64,000 nucleotides of DNA from Chrysomallon squamiferum. Taxonomy: Eukaryota; Animalia; Mollusca. Below, one piece after another: positions 39,264 to 52,617 of the stretch. The notes beneath the pieces were generated by a model, which was not told the DNA's origin, did no database searches, and worked only from the letters and a program-made list of their open reading frames with translations. Location: NCBI GenBank assembly GCA_012295275.1, contig CM022672.1, forward strand, positions 20,212,001 to 20,276,000, read 5' to 3'. The position numbers and the translations under genes are program-made. The first letter of the stretch is position 1; each line of letters starts with the position of its first letter.

Positions 39264-40183
39264 ACTGCAGGAGATGAAAAAGTAATTCATCTGTCTGGTG
39301 CAGACGGTGAAAAAAACGCTAAGACAGCACATGTCAGAGAAGATGACTTCTGGTTCGTGAAGGGAGACAGCCAAGCATTCAGAAACAACTCAAACGACGA
39401 GAAAAGAAAGTAATGCTTATTTCACTGACAGAAAAAAGAATATATATATACTACTACTACTAAATGTTTTTAAAAATATAATAGTAATAATTCAAAAGTT
39501 AATTAATCAATCAATCATAAAATCGGCCCCAAAACCAGAAAAACAAAGAAAAACTTTCATAGTTTATTTTGAACATACCAAAAAAATGTTTTTACTTTAG
39601 TGATGAATTGTATCGTAATATGGATTTTTTTTTTTATGTTATGTTATTTCAGACCTTTGGAAAAAAGAGAAATAGTGCGAAGAGGTTTGTCAAAAATTGG
39701 AGAAGGTAATTACAATCTGATGCTCAACAACTGTGAACACTTTGCCAATTGGTGTCGATACGACACTGAAGAAAGTGGACAGGTAAATGTACCAGTGATT
39801 ATTGTAACACAAAGATTTGTTTTCATTAAGTATTGAAATAAATTATAAAAGAAAACGTATTGATTTTTGCAAATAAAAATTTAGTATTCCTCTTCAATAA
39901 ACCAGTACAAGTCAACAAGTTACTGGAAATTAAGAACCGAAAAGAATTTATTGTCATAAATTGCGTAAAAATAGGTATAGTTCATATAAGTGTCTATGTA
40001 TTCCTATAGATTGTTTTATTTCATGTTTGTACAAGCTGTTATATGACGGTTTAAAAGCAGTTTAAAGCATATTATGTTCCAATTCCAGTAAAAGAAGCTG
40101 ATAAATATATTAAGTGACCTGTGTTGAATTTTACTATTTATTGTATTATTTTACGAAAAATATGGTTTTCATTTATTTTGTTT

Positions 40184-40219
<36 letters not shown>

Positions 40220-40778
40220 GGAAACACGATCAAACACTCATACATACATACATATAAAATCAAGACAATCATTTGAATTCAAAATTTACTTTTTTTTTTT
40301 TTTTTTTTTAATGAAATGATAATTATTATTAAAACCGTTACTTCCTTGTCTTATATTTCTTTAAATCATACAATTTTAATTTAATTTATCTCCTCACCAC
40401 CATTTTATCAACAGCAGTATCTCTATTAATTACTAGTAATCATTACTTTGTCTTATAAAAGAAAATGTTTCTTTTCGATATTTTATATTTCTGTGCTTCT
40501 TCAATCCTTTTTTTTTCAAATGGTTTTTTAACTTTAAATTTATCATATTACTGTACCCGAAAAAGAGAAATGTCATTTTTATACAGTAGTGCTTCATTTA
40601 CATTTTTAAATTGTCTAATTCTTCTCCTGGTTTTCTCTTCTGCACTAAAATAGTTTTCATTTTCTAGGTTGAAACGTTTATAACTGGAGCTGTGCAATTT
40701 GTGACAGAGGTAGCTTCTTACCTGATGAAAGATTCTGAAAACAGAGAAAGAAATTTAAAAAAAAAAGTCATGGAATGA
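39052..40778 (+). CDS. PLAAT/HRASLS-family protein, copy C2 (162 aa, 4 exons)
   Basis: Exons 39052-39160, 39271-39409, 39653-39782, 40668-40778, in frame. Motifs PGDLVEFTRGLYCHWAVY, VIHL, NNCEHFANWCRY; tail VETFITGAVQFVTEVASYLMKDSENRERNLKKKVME*. Confidence 0.9.
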
Positions 40779-42684
40779 TATTGATTTTAACAGGAAACTT
40801 GGACATTGTATTACTCTATTTAATATGTCTAAACATTTTGCTTTAAAAAGATAAATTAGAAAAGATGGAGTGAAAAGAAATTACTTTAACATCTATATTT
40901 TTGTCTTTTTATCTTTTCCATATTGTCCTTTTGTTTTTTAAATTCCTTCATTTATTGTTCTGTGTTTTCATTATAGTCATCTCTCTCTCCCTGTTTCTCC
41001 TTATCTTCATTCTTGTGGATTTTGTGGGGTTTTTGTTTTACAAATTTCAAACATGTTTCTTTAATGTGCTTTTTAATGATTCTTTATCTAACTGGTCACC
41101 TTATAGACTAACCATTCAAACTTTAATAGTTTTATTTTTTAGTTTGAACATTTGAATATTTAAAAAACAAAACAATAACAAACAAACAAAAAAACTATAG
41201 TTTTTTTGAATAAATAAATATATAATAATAATAATAATTAAATTTTTTTTTCTTTTTTTCTTAGCAAAGCAATGGTACAACACACTTGGTTGCAAACGCT
41301 TATCAGTCCAACAAAGAACACAGTGCTATCTCCAATACAGACTCCAAGGTTAATTCTTAAAACAGTAATGTCAGTATATAAGTTCTATTAAATCTCTTGG
41401 TTACGAATTATATATTCTGTTCTTTCAGCAGCCTTGCGTGTAAACTTACATAATTAAAATAAATGCATGTTCAAGCTACTAGAATTAAATAATAATAATG
41501 AAAAATAAAAATAATAACAAAATAAAAAGTAAATGAATAAAGAAATAAAAAATAATACATATAAATAAGAATAATATGGAAGATATTTATTTATTTATAT
41601 ATTTTGGTGGTACAAAAATCTGAGTTAGAAAAGTTTTATTTTCACTTCAGATTGATTGATTTTGGTATTAAATACAAACATTAATTATCAGCATCATCCA
41701 AGATGCTAATCACACAGCCAAGTGTAATCTTTACATATAAATTATCTAGCAGACACTCCCCTTTTCCAAGTTGTCACATGTCTACTCCAGTTAGAAATTC
41801 CCCAGTAGTCAGTTGATATTCTCACTTTCCAAGCACAAATTAAGTTGTGACGTGTAACTTCTACTTAAAAATTCTCTGCCAGTCACCTCTTGACAATATG
41901 TTCAGTTTTTTTTTTATATATATATTATTCATTAGTTTATAGACCAATAAAACAAATAAAACAAAAGAAGAATAGCAAAGAACACCACCATCTAGAAAAG
42001 GAAAAATAAAAATAAATTAATTTTCATAAATATTTAGCTAGAAACTTGTATATCATAAAAGTGTTAAAAGAGAAAGATATAATAAAATAAAATAAAATCA
42101 ATAAAGAACCAGCTTTTATTTTCAAATATTAAAATATTGTTCATCTAACACTTTGCTTCTTTTGATATATTAAGTAAATTAATAAAAGTGAAGAGAGAAT
42201 GCAACTGTCTTATACCTCTCCAGGCTCAACGAGACAGGAACTAAGTTTTGGAAATAAAAATGGTTTCATCACTATGCAAATTGTGGTATAAATGTTCTTC
42301 CAAAAATACAGCAAAAATCCAAATATAAGCTGTCCATCAGTTTGCAGATTTTTGTCCTCTGACATGTTTCACAGAGCAGTTATAATGACCACTTTTAGGA
42401 TCAATACCGCAGATAGGTACATACCTCTTTACACGTCTTCCCAATCAATTGTCCCAATACATTTTTATTGGCTTTCCAACGCATTTATGTTTGAATGGAC
42501 GATTGCTGATACATCTGGTTGCTAATTGATTGTTATTAGCTTTCCGTCGCTTTTTATGTTTGAACGGATAGGTTTTTGGCACTGCCTTGTAACAGAAACA
42601 TTTTAAATGGAAGTTTTAAAATTTCATTACACTATGCATTTTTAACATTACTATAACTCTTTCTTAGGTTTTATAAATTTCCAC

Positions 42685-42743
<59 letters not shown>

Positions 42744-43586
42744 AGTATACTAGCAATAATAACAATATAGAGACCTGCCAAATGTGAACACCTGACAGAT
42801 ATGTTCAGGGATATCATCCAAGGCAGGTCTAAGTGGATTGCTTCTGAATTATAAATAATTTCTATATAAATAAATATTAAATTTTGTTTAATTTGTTTTA
42901 ATCTTTTTTTTTTTTTCCCACAAATTTAAATTCCTTAAAATATAAAAGGACCCACAAACTTCAAATTTCTTAATGGACACTAGAGTTATTAAGAAATTAC
43001 TTTTAAATGTATACACTATTATTTAAAATGTACATTTAAACAATATTGTTAAATGTACATTTTAAATAATAATGTTAAATATAAACCTAAAGCAGTTAAA
43101 TGTGTATTTGGATAATACTGTCAAATTTAAACATAAATGTAACAAAAACTGTTAAATGTATTTAAGTAATATTGCTGAATGGATTTAAATAATCTTGTAC
43201 ACCTGAATATCCTGAAAATTAGATATCAAAAGCCACAAATGAACAAGTAGGTGTATGTAAGAGTATGTGTGAAAGAGAAAAACAGATAAAGAGATATGGA
43301 ACGGGAAGAAAGGTAGATGGGTGAAAAACTAGAAAAACTGAAATGTTATCACATACTGGTAAAGCAAGGGGTATAATTCTTCTCGGACTGGTAGTGTATG
43401 GCATCAGTCCATCAAGATGTTTAAAAACAGGAAATAAAACACTTGACTCCACTTGAAATGAATCTATAAAATAAAAAATAAAATAAAATAAAATAATAAA
43501 AAAGTATACAAAATTTTACAACTATTTGCTGAATTTTTATATGTACCAAACTACAAATGTTAATATAAGCTGATTTAATAAAAAAC

Positions 43587-43620
<34 letters not shown>

Positions 43621-43783
43621 TCTGTAGTAGGTCATTTATCTGTGTCTGTCTGCAAACAAGCACATATGTGTTTGTATGTATGTATGTACCTATTGTATGT
43701 ATGTCTCTATAATGTATGTATCTATTTAAAAAGAAAAGAATACAGGATTTAAAAAAATAATATAAATTAAAACAAGACATTTT

Positions 43784-44864
43784 CTAAATTTCCTTACATG
43801 TTCGTTGTTCATATTTTGACACTTGTCTCTGCTGTATATTGCCTGAACATGATGCAGACTTCTGAAGATGTGTGCTTGAAGATGATGCCTCTTTCCTTAA
43901 CAGACATTCGGAAGCTGGTGCATTTTTCTGAGATATCCTGAGTGATGTTGGGTCTTTTTTCTTGACTGCTTGTGAACAAGGTGTCTCATTCTTTTGCTGA
44001 ATGAATGAACAAGTCTTCTGATTATGTGCAATATGTGAACTTACATCTTTCTGTAATAAGCTCTTTGAACGTAATTCGAACAGTGATTTTCTACCTTCTT
44101 TTTGGTGTGTCTTCTTTACCTCTGACAGTAACTGTATTAAAAGAGTGAACAAATATCTGTTTACCAGCACAGACTGATGATGTGAAAGAAGAAAATGAGC
44201 TGCCTACAATTATGGGTTCTTTAATTGATTAGCAGCAAAAATTGTTTTATTCCATTATCAAGAAAAAGAAGTCATGAGACTAGTGGGTACACCAGTAAGG
44301 ACAGAAACTGTGACAATGATGCCTGAGATATATTAAGATATATATTGAACAACTGCTTTACTATTGATATGTCTTGTTAATTATGAGTTAATGACAACAC
44401 ATTTGGAATACGTACTCACCAGTTTGTTTTTCTCTGACCCATATCGGCACCACAAAGCAAAATGTTGACAGTTAAGAAAAATCAGAGGCTTGCCCACTCT
44501 ACCAAGTTTTGATTTTGCTCTTGAAATAATCACATTTTGAGGAAGAGCACTGGAAGTATTACATATAATTTTATTGTTTCTTAAGGAACTCTATTTAAAT
44601 TTTATCTTGTTTATAAATATTAATTAGCTCTGTGAAAATTGGGGTTAGGCAATTTATGCACCGATTTTTTGGTTACATTTATACATTCATAAACAATACA
44701 AACACACAATACATGTGCGTATTGAAACAAAATTATTCATAAATTACCATCTGTATATGTTACTTATGTATGTATGCATATATGTATGGATGTATGTGTA
44801 TGTATGTATGTATGTGTGTGTGTATATATGTATGGATGTATGTGTGTGTGTGTGTGTGTGTGTG

Positions 44865-44902
<38 letters not shown>

Positions 44903-46353
44903 TATGCATATGGTTATTGATGAGTAATCTTGTAAACAACACTCATATTCATACACCTTTAATTCATTCTTTATTCAAAAATACTGTACATGCAATTGAT
45001 TTATATATCCAAACATAAAAAAAATATTTACTTTATTTGTTCATCCAGGCTGTTCTCCTTGTTTGCAAGGTTTCCTGCTGCTGGAGTCCAGAAGCAGTGT
45101 TCCTTAACAGCAACACTGACATCGGCATTCCCTCGAATTAAGTAATAATTCTGTGTGCCCTTGACATTATTGCCTTCATCTTCAACAAGCTCAATAACTT
45201 TTTTGTCACCTTTGTTTATAAAATGTATTAATATACAATGTTATGACGAGGTAATATTATGAAACTAGTATATCTAACAGTGTAAAAACATTTCAATACA
45301 ATACATAATGGTTATGCATTTAAGAGCACAAATACACATTAAAATAACATAAAATAATGTAGAACACTGTATAATTTTCAGTTCATCCCCATTTACAACA
45401 ACAAAAAAATGCTAAAAATAATGATATTAATTAATATATAACATTGTAATAATGCACTTTTATATTACTAGATATCCTAGCTTATATAACAGTATCATAT
45501 ATATCTAACAACAAAAATAATACAAAATTTAAAACAAATTTGATAGATACATACATACGGGTCATTCCATGTCAAATCACCCCCCCAAAAAAAAAAAAGA
45601 AATTTAAACCCGACCGTCTCAGATTTTTATAAAACTTGGTATACTTGTTGACTGGGATCCCACAGCACCAAATCTAAAATTTTAGCCCAATCGGACCAGT
45701 GGTGTGGGACATATGGCTATGTAAATGAGTACATTTGGAATCCTTGTCATATTGCCTTTTCAACAGTACCAATTTTATGAAGATTGGCCCAGTAGTTCCT
45801 GAGATGTGAGGGTTCAAAGGTTGGTGGTCACGCCCATTTTTGCCAAAAATCTCAAAATTCGATGGGCCTTATCTCTCACACCACTGATCCGATTGGGCTA
45901 ATATTTGGTGCTGTGGGATCCCAGTCAACAAGTATACCAAGTTTGATAAAAATCTGAGATGGTCGGGTTTAACCCATTGGGTGATTTGACACGGAATGAC
46001 CCATACGTATTTTATTGTCATATAAGCTAGGATATCTAGAAATATATAAATTATAATGCACTGTAATTTGTCAAATTATACATAATAGATATGAAAACAG
46101 CTAATTGAGTATTATAAGTGTCTTTCAAGATGAATTAAACTACAAAAAAACCATCAACTATATTAATTTTTCTAAATGTGAGCATTTGTCCTTTAATGAT
46201 TTATTAACCTAGACAGCGTACATTCTAACGTTAGTACATTTTACCTGCGTAAATGGCCCAGTGCGAACATTGGTCGTTTGTAAATTCCACTATATCTCCA
46301 AGTTTCAGCTCTCTCAAAACATTCGAATTATGTTTTATACTTTCTAAATACAT
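43784..46353 (-). CDS. Divergent PLAAT-like protein E (~278 aa) with a long C-terminal extension
   Basis: Exons 46353-46245 (LGDIVEFTNDQCSHWAIYA), 45209-45032 (GDKKVIELVED...), 44549-44420 (FLNCQHFALWCRYG) and probable exon 4 44203-43784 (in frame with track ORF 43784..44170). An alternative short last exon from 44322 is possible. Confidence 0.82.
45559..46002. mobile_element. Non-autonomous DNA transposon (Sola2-like), in intron 1 of gene E
   Basis: TIRs GGGTCATTCC(A/G)TGTCAAATCACCC extending >150 bp; exact 4-bp TSD ATAC. GRG termini with a 4-bp TSD fit Sola2. Confidence 0.8.
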
Positions 46354-46772
46354 AATAATTGTGTTTTCACATTGAAACTACAGTGTAGAAGGAACGCTTA
46401 CAAACATATCTACATATTTAAAAACGGTCTTAGATACGTTACCAATCTAGACAACGTTCACGCTACTGTTAAGAGAAACCAGTACATTTACTATGATAAA
46501 AAAAAAAAAAAAGTTTTGTTTATTCCGATGGCAACAGAAACGCAAGCTTCTTTCAGAGCTTCAGACATGTTGTCAGAGCTGTTGATAAAAATGCATCAAA
46601 AAATAGATGCAGACTCCAGTTTATACAGTTAATGTGGTTTTATGCAAGTCCATTGTTAAAGGTGTTTAACAGTTTTATGATTTATGCAGTGGACAAGAAA
46701 GAAAAGTATGTCCAGAGTGTACTTCCAAGCCTGAGCACCAAACGAAACTGCCAAAAAAAAAAAAAAAAAAAA

Positions 46773-46811
<39 letters not shown>

Positions 46812-49006
46812 AAAAAAAATATATATATATAAATAAATAAAATAATAAAAATTACTGAAAATATAAACCCACCTAAGATTTCATTTAAATAATAAACATT
46901 TTGAAATGACCAACAATTTCGTTTTTCCTTTGACAAAAATCAAGTTTAATTAATTATATGCATATTATCATAGTGTATTTTACTGGTTCTGGGAACAAAA
47001 TCGAAGTAATATTGTTTTAATGTTACAAAACAAAATTACTTCATACTTTTAACAAGTCTTCTGATCTGACTGTCTCACTCTGGATATTATTCCAGTATAA
47101 ACTTGTGTTACTTAAAAAAAAAACTGACATCAAAATACTGAGACATCAGAAGAATTCTTTCAGTTTTCATATATAATGCACTGATGATTATTTTCCTCAG
47201 TGAATTGAAAATATGTAACATCACAGCAGAGAATTTTTTTTCACACTAGGAATGCTGTCTGTAGCGTATATAAATTTAGATACCTGTTTTATTCAGTGTC
47301 TTTCTACACAGGTAATTAGTAAGTAATTTTCACTGATATAAAGGTCTGCTGTGAATTTTCTTGGTATGCTAAATGGTTGCTGCATACCCAGCAGATGTGG
47401 TAATTTATTACAAATATTAAGTGCACTGAACAACAGTATAATCATGGATGATAAGGGGAAATTAATTTTCAAAATACTGTTCAGAGATAGCACTGTACAC
47501 TCCACAGCTGGTTGTAATCATGATCCTGCATGGGGAAAATAGCAGAATGCTAGAGCAAAAAACAAAAACAAAGAATGTCATTTCAGTTTTATTTTATTGA
47601 AATATATAATCACAAAACAAAATAAATAAAACGGTAATAAAACAAAAAAGATGCAAAGAAAAATAATTATTCTATGTTTAATTTTAAAATTAAATGCATT
47701 TAGGAAATAACTGCATTGAAAAGTGCTTATCACATTAATGCTAGAATTACTTAAATGTACATATATATACACATGCATTCACTACAAAAAAGATTGTATA
47801 AATAATTTACACACTTCATATTCAAAATTGTTAAAAACACTGAATACAGATCACAGTGAATTAAAAACTCCATACAACTGCCATAGACAAGTCCCTGATT
47901 TATATACACAAACAGTTACTGGGGGTGGGATTTTTCTCCAAAAAGGCAGGTATTTAAAAGTGACAATAATTCTGATGATCGTTTAACAGAAAGTATTGTC
48001 TTTTATGTGTATTCAAGCATTTCCACCCCTTTCCCAACGTTTGTACCCAGTTTAAATAATAATGGTGTAACCATGAATATTATTATAAAAGTAAATACAT
48101 ATTTAAACATTAGCATCAACAACACCAAAGATAGCTAATCATAAAAATATATTTAAAAAAAGAAGACAATTTCAGTTTTATTTGATACTGAAATATATAA
48201 AATCATAAAAGAAAACATACATTCTGATTAATTAACTGTAAAATTATATATAGTTCAGTGATGGCTGCATTGAAAATATGCTAATATTAGATTTATTTAA
48301 ATGCAATATATGTGTTTATAAACAGATATAAATATGTAACTACATTCAAGCATTCACAACCCTTTACCAATCTTTGTTCACAATATAAATAATCATGGTA
48401 AATATGAATATTATCATACATAATTAGCAAATATCCCTGAGATTTTTCAGTTTAACAATATCTAGTTTTATCACAGTAACAGATTTGTTCTAAAACCCAC
48501 GTTAAGGTGGTTTAAAAAAAAAAAAAATGTATTGATATTTAAAACAAAAAATTCTGTATGTCAAATAATTAGTGCAATTAGTATACTCGTATAAAATCCA
48601 TCACAAAATGTTTTTAATATCAGATTTTATATTAACAATTTTGAATCAAGATTTTATTGGTATAAATTCAGTGATTTAGATCACAATGGAAATAAATTTC
48701 TTAATGATTGTTTACTTTGATCTTAAAGATATACTTGACGTACTGATATAATGATCATTATGTTTTGTATCAAGAAAAAAATCCCATTATTAAGAAGAAA
48801 AAACAAGAACAAAAAAACAAATTCCAAAACCTTTAACCTCTCATATACTGGAAAAGTAAATAAATATTTAAACACCAACAACAACCAAATGCTTCTGTCT
48901 TGGTGTTCTAAAAGCTTCTGCATATCTACCATTCGGGCAAAAGAATTTGTGCTTAGCATGTACAAAACAAAAAATGGTAAACCAAACTACATTTGGTGTA
49001 ACTGAA

Positions 49007-50995
49007 TTATGTGGAGTGTTGTTTTGAGCTTTCTTCCTTTTCCCTGCTCTTTCTTGAATCGCTAGATTTGAAGAAAACAGCCATTCCAGCTGCAGCTATA
49101 GCTACCACACCAACTAGAAAACCAGTAACAAAGCTAGTAACCTAATTAATGTAATAAAAAAGAGAATAAATATCAGATATTTTGCAGAACAATGTGGTCA
49201 ATTTAAAATGTTCCAGTGGCAGTATGAATAAATGTTCTAATAGAAATCTTTGTATTTCCAAGTTATTATTACAGTAATTTGACTGAACTATTTTTATCAT
49301 CATTAATCGCAATCTCTGACATTAAAATAAAATAACACTGTTACAAAACTGCTGTTTTACTTCTTCAAAACCTGTGTATATCATCTGTATTTCCAAAGGA
49401 ACACTCTAAAAATAAAGAACAACTGAAGAAATTAAGAAAATGAAGTATTATAAATCCATATTATTATTCAAAATTTCTATTTTTTAGATAAATGATAAAA
49501 TCATACTCTTTGTTTGAATGCCTAATCTCAGAGAAATAAAAAATTAATTTTTATATCATAATATTAGATAAGTTTGAGAACAGTCAAATCCGCATCAGTT
49601 ACAATTTACACGAATATTTATTTACATTTTTGTTACATACTTTTATAACTTCAGTATAAGCTACACCAGAAAACAACATTCTGTAAATTAGACTGCTTTT
49701 ATCCTCTTTATTTACTGTCATTATTAACCATTACACGTCATTATTTATCCACATATGACAAGTAATATCTATTCTCCCTTAATCTTGGATTATATTTTAC
49801 ATGTTTATTAGTGAACATATTGCTGACACTATTTTCTCAGTGGTACAGTTAAATATACAGTGTAGTTTGTATACATTACCTGCTCACTCTGTTCTATGTT
49901 GTAGCGGCACCAACTGGCAAAATGTTCACAGTTACTAAATATGATGTTGTAGTCAACCTCTCCTATTTTGGACATTGCTCGTGATATGATTTCATCTGCT
50001 GGAAGTGCTCTGAAAGGATTAAACCATTTAAAAAAAAAAAAAAAAAAAAAAATTAATTCTTCTAGAAAACATGACCAAGAAAAAAAATATACACCTATAA
50101 ATTATAAGCTGTCTAAAGTGTCTCCATGTGAGTTATAAAAGTGTCTGATTATAAATGTTAAGCATTTTTGAATAAAAGTCAGAAGTGTGTTTGAATATAA
50201 GTTATAAGTATGTCTAAATGTAACTTCTAAATATGTTTAAATATGGGTCTGAATATAGGCTGTAAGTGAACTAATATGCTTGTCATTTACCTGAATTTTC
50301 TATCTCTGGAATTATTTCTGTATGCTTTACAGTCAGCAACAACATCCCAAAAGTTATCTACCTTGACAAAGGCCTTGCTAAACAGTTTCCCTCCAATTTG
50401 AAATGAATCATGTGCTAGACTGGCTATGCCATCTCCATCTTCTCCAGTAAGATGAATTACTTCTTCATCACCTATATAAAACAGAAGAATACTGTTAACT
50501 GAACTTTTGGCGAGATAATCTTAACCACAACCCTAAATTAAGAATCTACTGTTTTTAAAATTTGATATGATTTTGTAACAAATAATTATATGAAGATATC
50601 AGAATTATATATTATCTGCAACTGGAATAATTATTTAATTTATTATATATAGCCTTTAATAACTGTTTTCAATTACAACAGTGTTTAAATAATTTCAACA
50701 GATTTTATTTTATTATTATTAAATTGATGAATTATTTCCGCCAGTCCGTCACATACGTATCTCGTCATATAACAACTATCGGTAACCGTAATTTCAAAAC
50801 CCCATCACAGTCCCGATCCACGTTGTTTTCTTTTGGGGGCTCTTGCATATTTTTAGACAAATCAAATTATTCTGAAATTTGGCCACCAAACCTTTGTATA
50901 CAGGCCCAGTGCGAATAAACTCCTCTTTTGAATTCGACTAGATCACCGACTTTAAGCTGCAATAGCTGTTTCCGATTATGTTCTGTTAAATCCAT
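49007..50995 (-). CDS. PLAAT/HRASLS-family protein D (~182 aa, most canonical copy); apparent +1 frameshift near the end of exon 1
   Basis: Exons 50995-50892 (VGDLVEFKRGVYSHWA; 104 nt, one base too long, TGGGCCTGTATAC versus expected TGGGCTGTATAC), 50471-50291 (VIHLTGEDGDG), 50009-49880 (SNCEHFASWCRY), 49141-49007 (FLVGVVAIAAAGMAVFF plus charged tail). Confidence 0.85.
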
Positions 50996-51138
50996 TTTAT
51001 GATTTTAAAGTTTACAGCTAATACAGTCATAAGAACTTGTTTTATGTAATCATATTAATTAGTATTAATTTTTTTTTTTAAAGATATACAAAATGAAAAT
51101 CATTTTGTTATAGTTTTTCGTTATAGTACACGAATCAT

Positions 51139-51163
51139 TTCCTGGAAATTCCCAATTACGTCA
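51139..51163 (-). promoter_or_regulatory. Overlapping STAT (GAS), NF-kB and CRE/ATF motifs ~150 bp upstream of gene D
   Basis: TTCCTGGAA 51139-51147, GGAAATTCCC (reverse GGGAATTTCC) 51144-51153, TTACGTCA 51156-51163. Confidence 0.5.
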
Positions 51164-51512
51164 CATACGTCTCTATAAATATTCTGTTTACGGTTTTCCT
51201 TCTTTCGGTGTATATCAAGCTTCTTGCGGGGTGAATCTAAGTAATAAATAAAAGAGGGAATACAAAAATTAATCAAATCAAATAAAATAAATAGATAAAT
51301 AAATAAATCAAATAATAATTAGTTCTGTTCAGTAAAGTACAGGTATAATTTATTCAATCTTTTTCTTCGAAATACTAAAGAATACTGAAACGGATTTTCT
51401 GGATAAAATATGTGTTTTAATTTGCTTACGTGCGCATTTTGCAATATACAATTAATTGCACCAGAAACTCGAAGACTAGGATAATAATAATAATAACAAC
51501 AACAACAGGATA

Positions 51513-51549
<37 letters not shown>

Positions 51550-52021
51550 ACATCCACAGTGATGTAAAAAGAAATGTAAACAAAGATAAAGAATATCATA
51601 TCCTGTTCTTAGTTTAGTCAATTAATTTATGTTGTAAATTGCATTTGACATTTATCACATTTTTGACGTTATTCGGACTAGTAAGAGTTGTCATGCTATT
51701 CAGTATACATATTATTAAAATAAGTTTAATGAAATGCAAGCATATATTTTTTACCGAACATTCAAGTCGAATGACAGACTGTTTATAATTAAGCTTATAT
51801 TCATACAGATGGTCCTTTAAATTAATTATACTAAACGAAGTAGAATAAGTGAACGTAATGTTATATAACTATTATTATCCCATCCTATATCATCGTATTG
51901 CTTTTTTATACAAAACATCCCCCCCCCATGATTTCCTTGTCTTCTTCTTTCTTTGTAACAGTTAACATTAATTTTACAATTAATGGTGCTCGCTGTGAAT
52001 GGTGACACTAACGGATGGACG

Positions 52022-52129
52022 AAGATGGCGCAAATTTGAAGTATTTGACAAGTTTCAGTTTCGATTCATTCGGACGCCATTAAAAAATACTTCCTTTCCT
52101 TACACAGATCATTCAGAAATTACAGAAAA
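52022..52129 (+). promoter_or_regulatory. Probable TSS region and non-coding first exon of TOR1AIP, with YY1-type motifs
   Basis: AAGATGGCG at 52022-52030 and CGCCAT at ~52075. Candidate donor aaa|gtaatg at 52130; acceptor tttcaag| at 52611, six nt before the ATG. Confidence 0.5.
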
Positions 52130-52617
52130 GTAATGTTGAATTATGTTTTATTTTAACGGTGGTTGACATTTCCGACAGTTATTAATATGAGTTATCATAA
52201 AATCAGATTAACATTTAATGATTTATCTTTTATGTGAGCTCTGATTTAAAATTTAAATTAATTAGTCAGTATGACTATAAAAGTATAATTATATATTTCT
52301 TACACAGAGTCATAGCATAGGAGATTATTTAGTTTTTCGTACAACTGGTGAATAATTAATTCACAAATTAATAATAATAATAATAATAATTAAAAAAAAA
52401 AATAATAATAAAAACAGGCAATTGTAATGCGACTATAATAATAGAATGTTTTTTTCTCCCTCTCCTTTTCTTTTTTTCTCTCTCTGTCACACACACACAC
52501 ACACACACAGATTGTAATTTTTATGATGGAAGACAGTCTTTATTCTTACAGCTTGCAAATGTTTTATTTTCTTATGTTTGTTGTTTCAATATAATTGTAT
52601 TTCTTTTCAAGGGAAAC

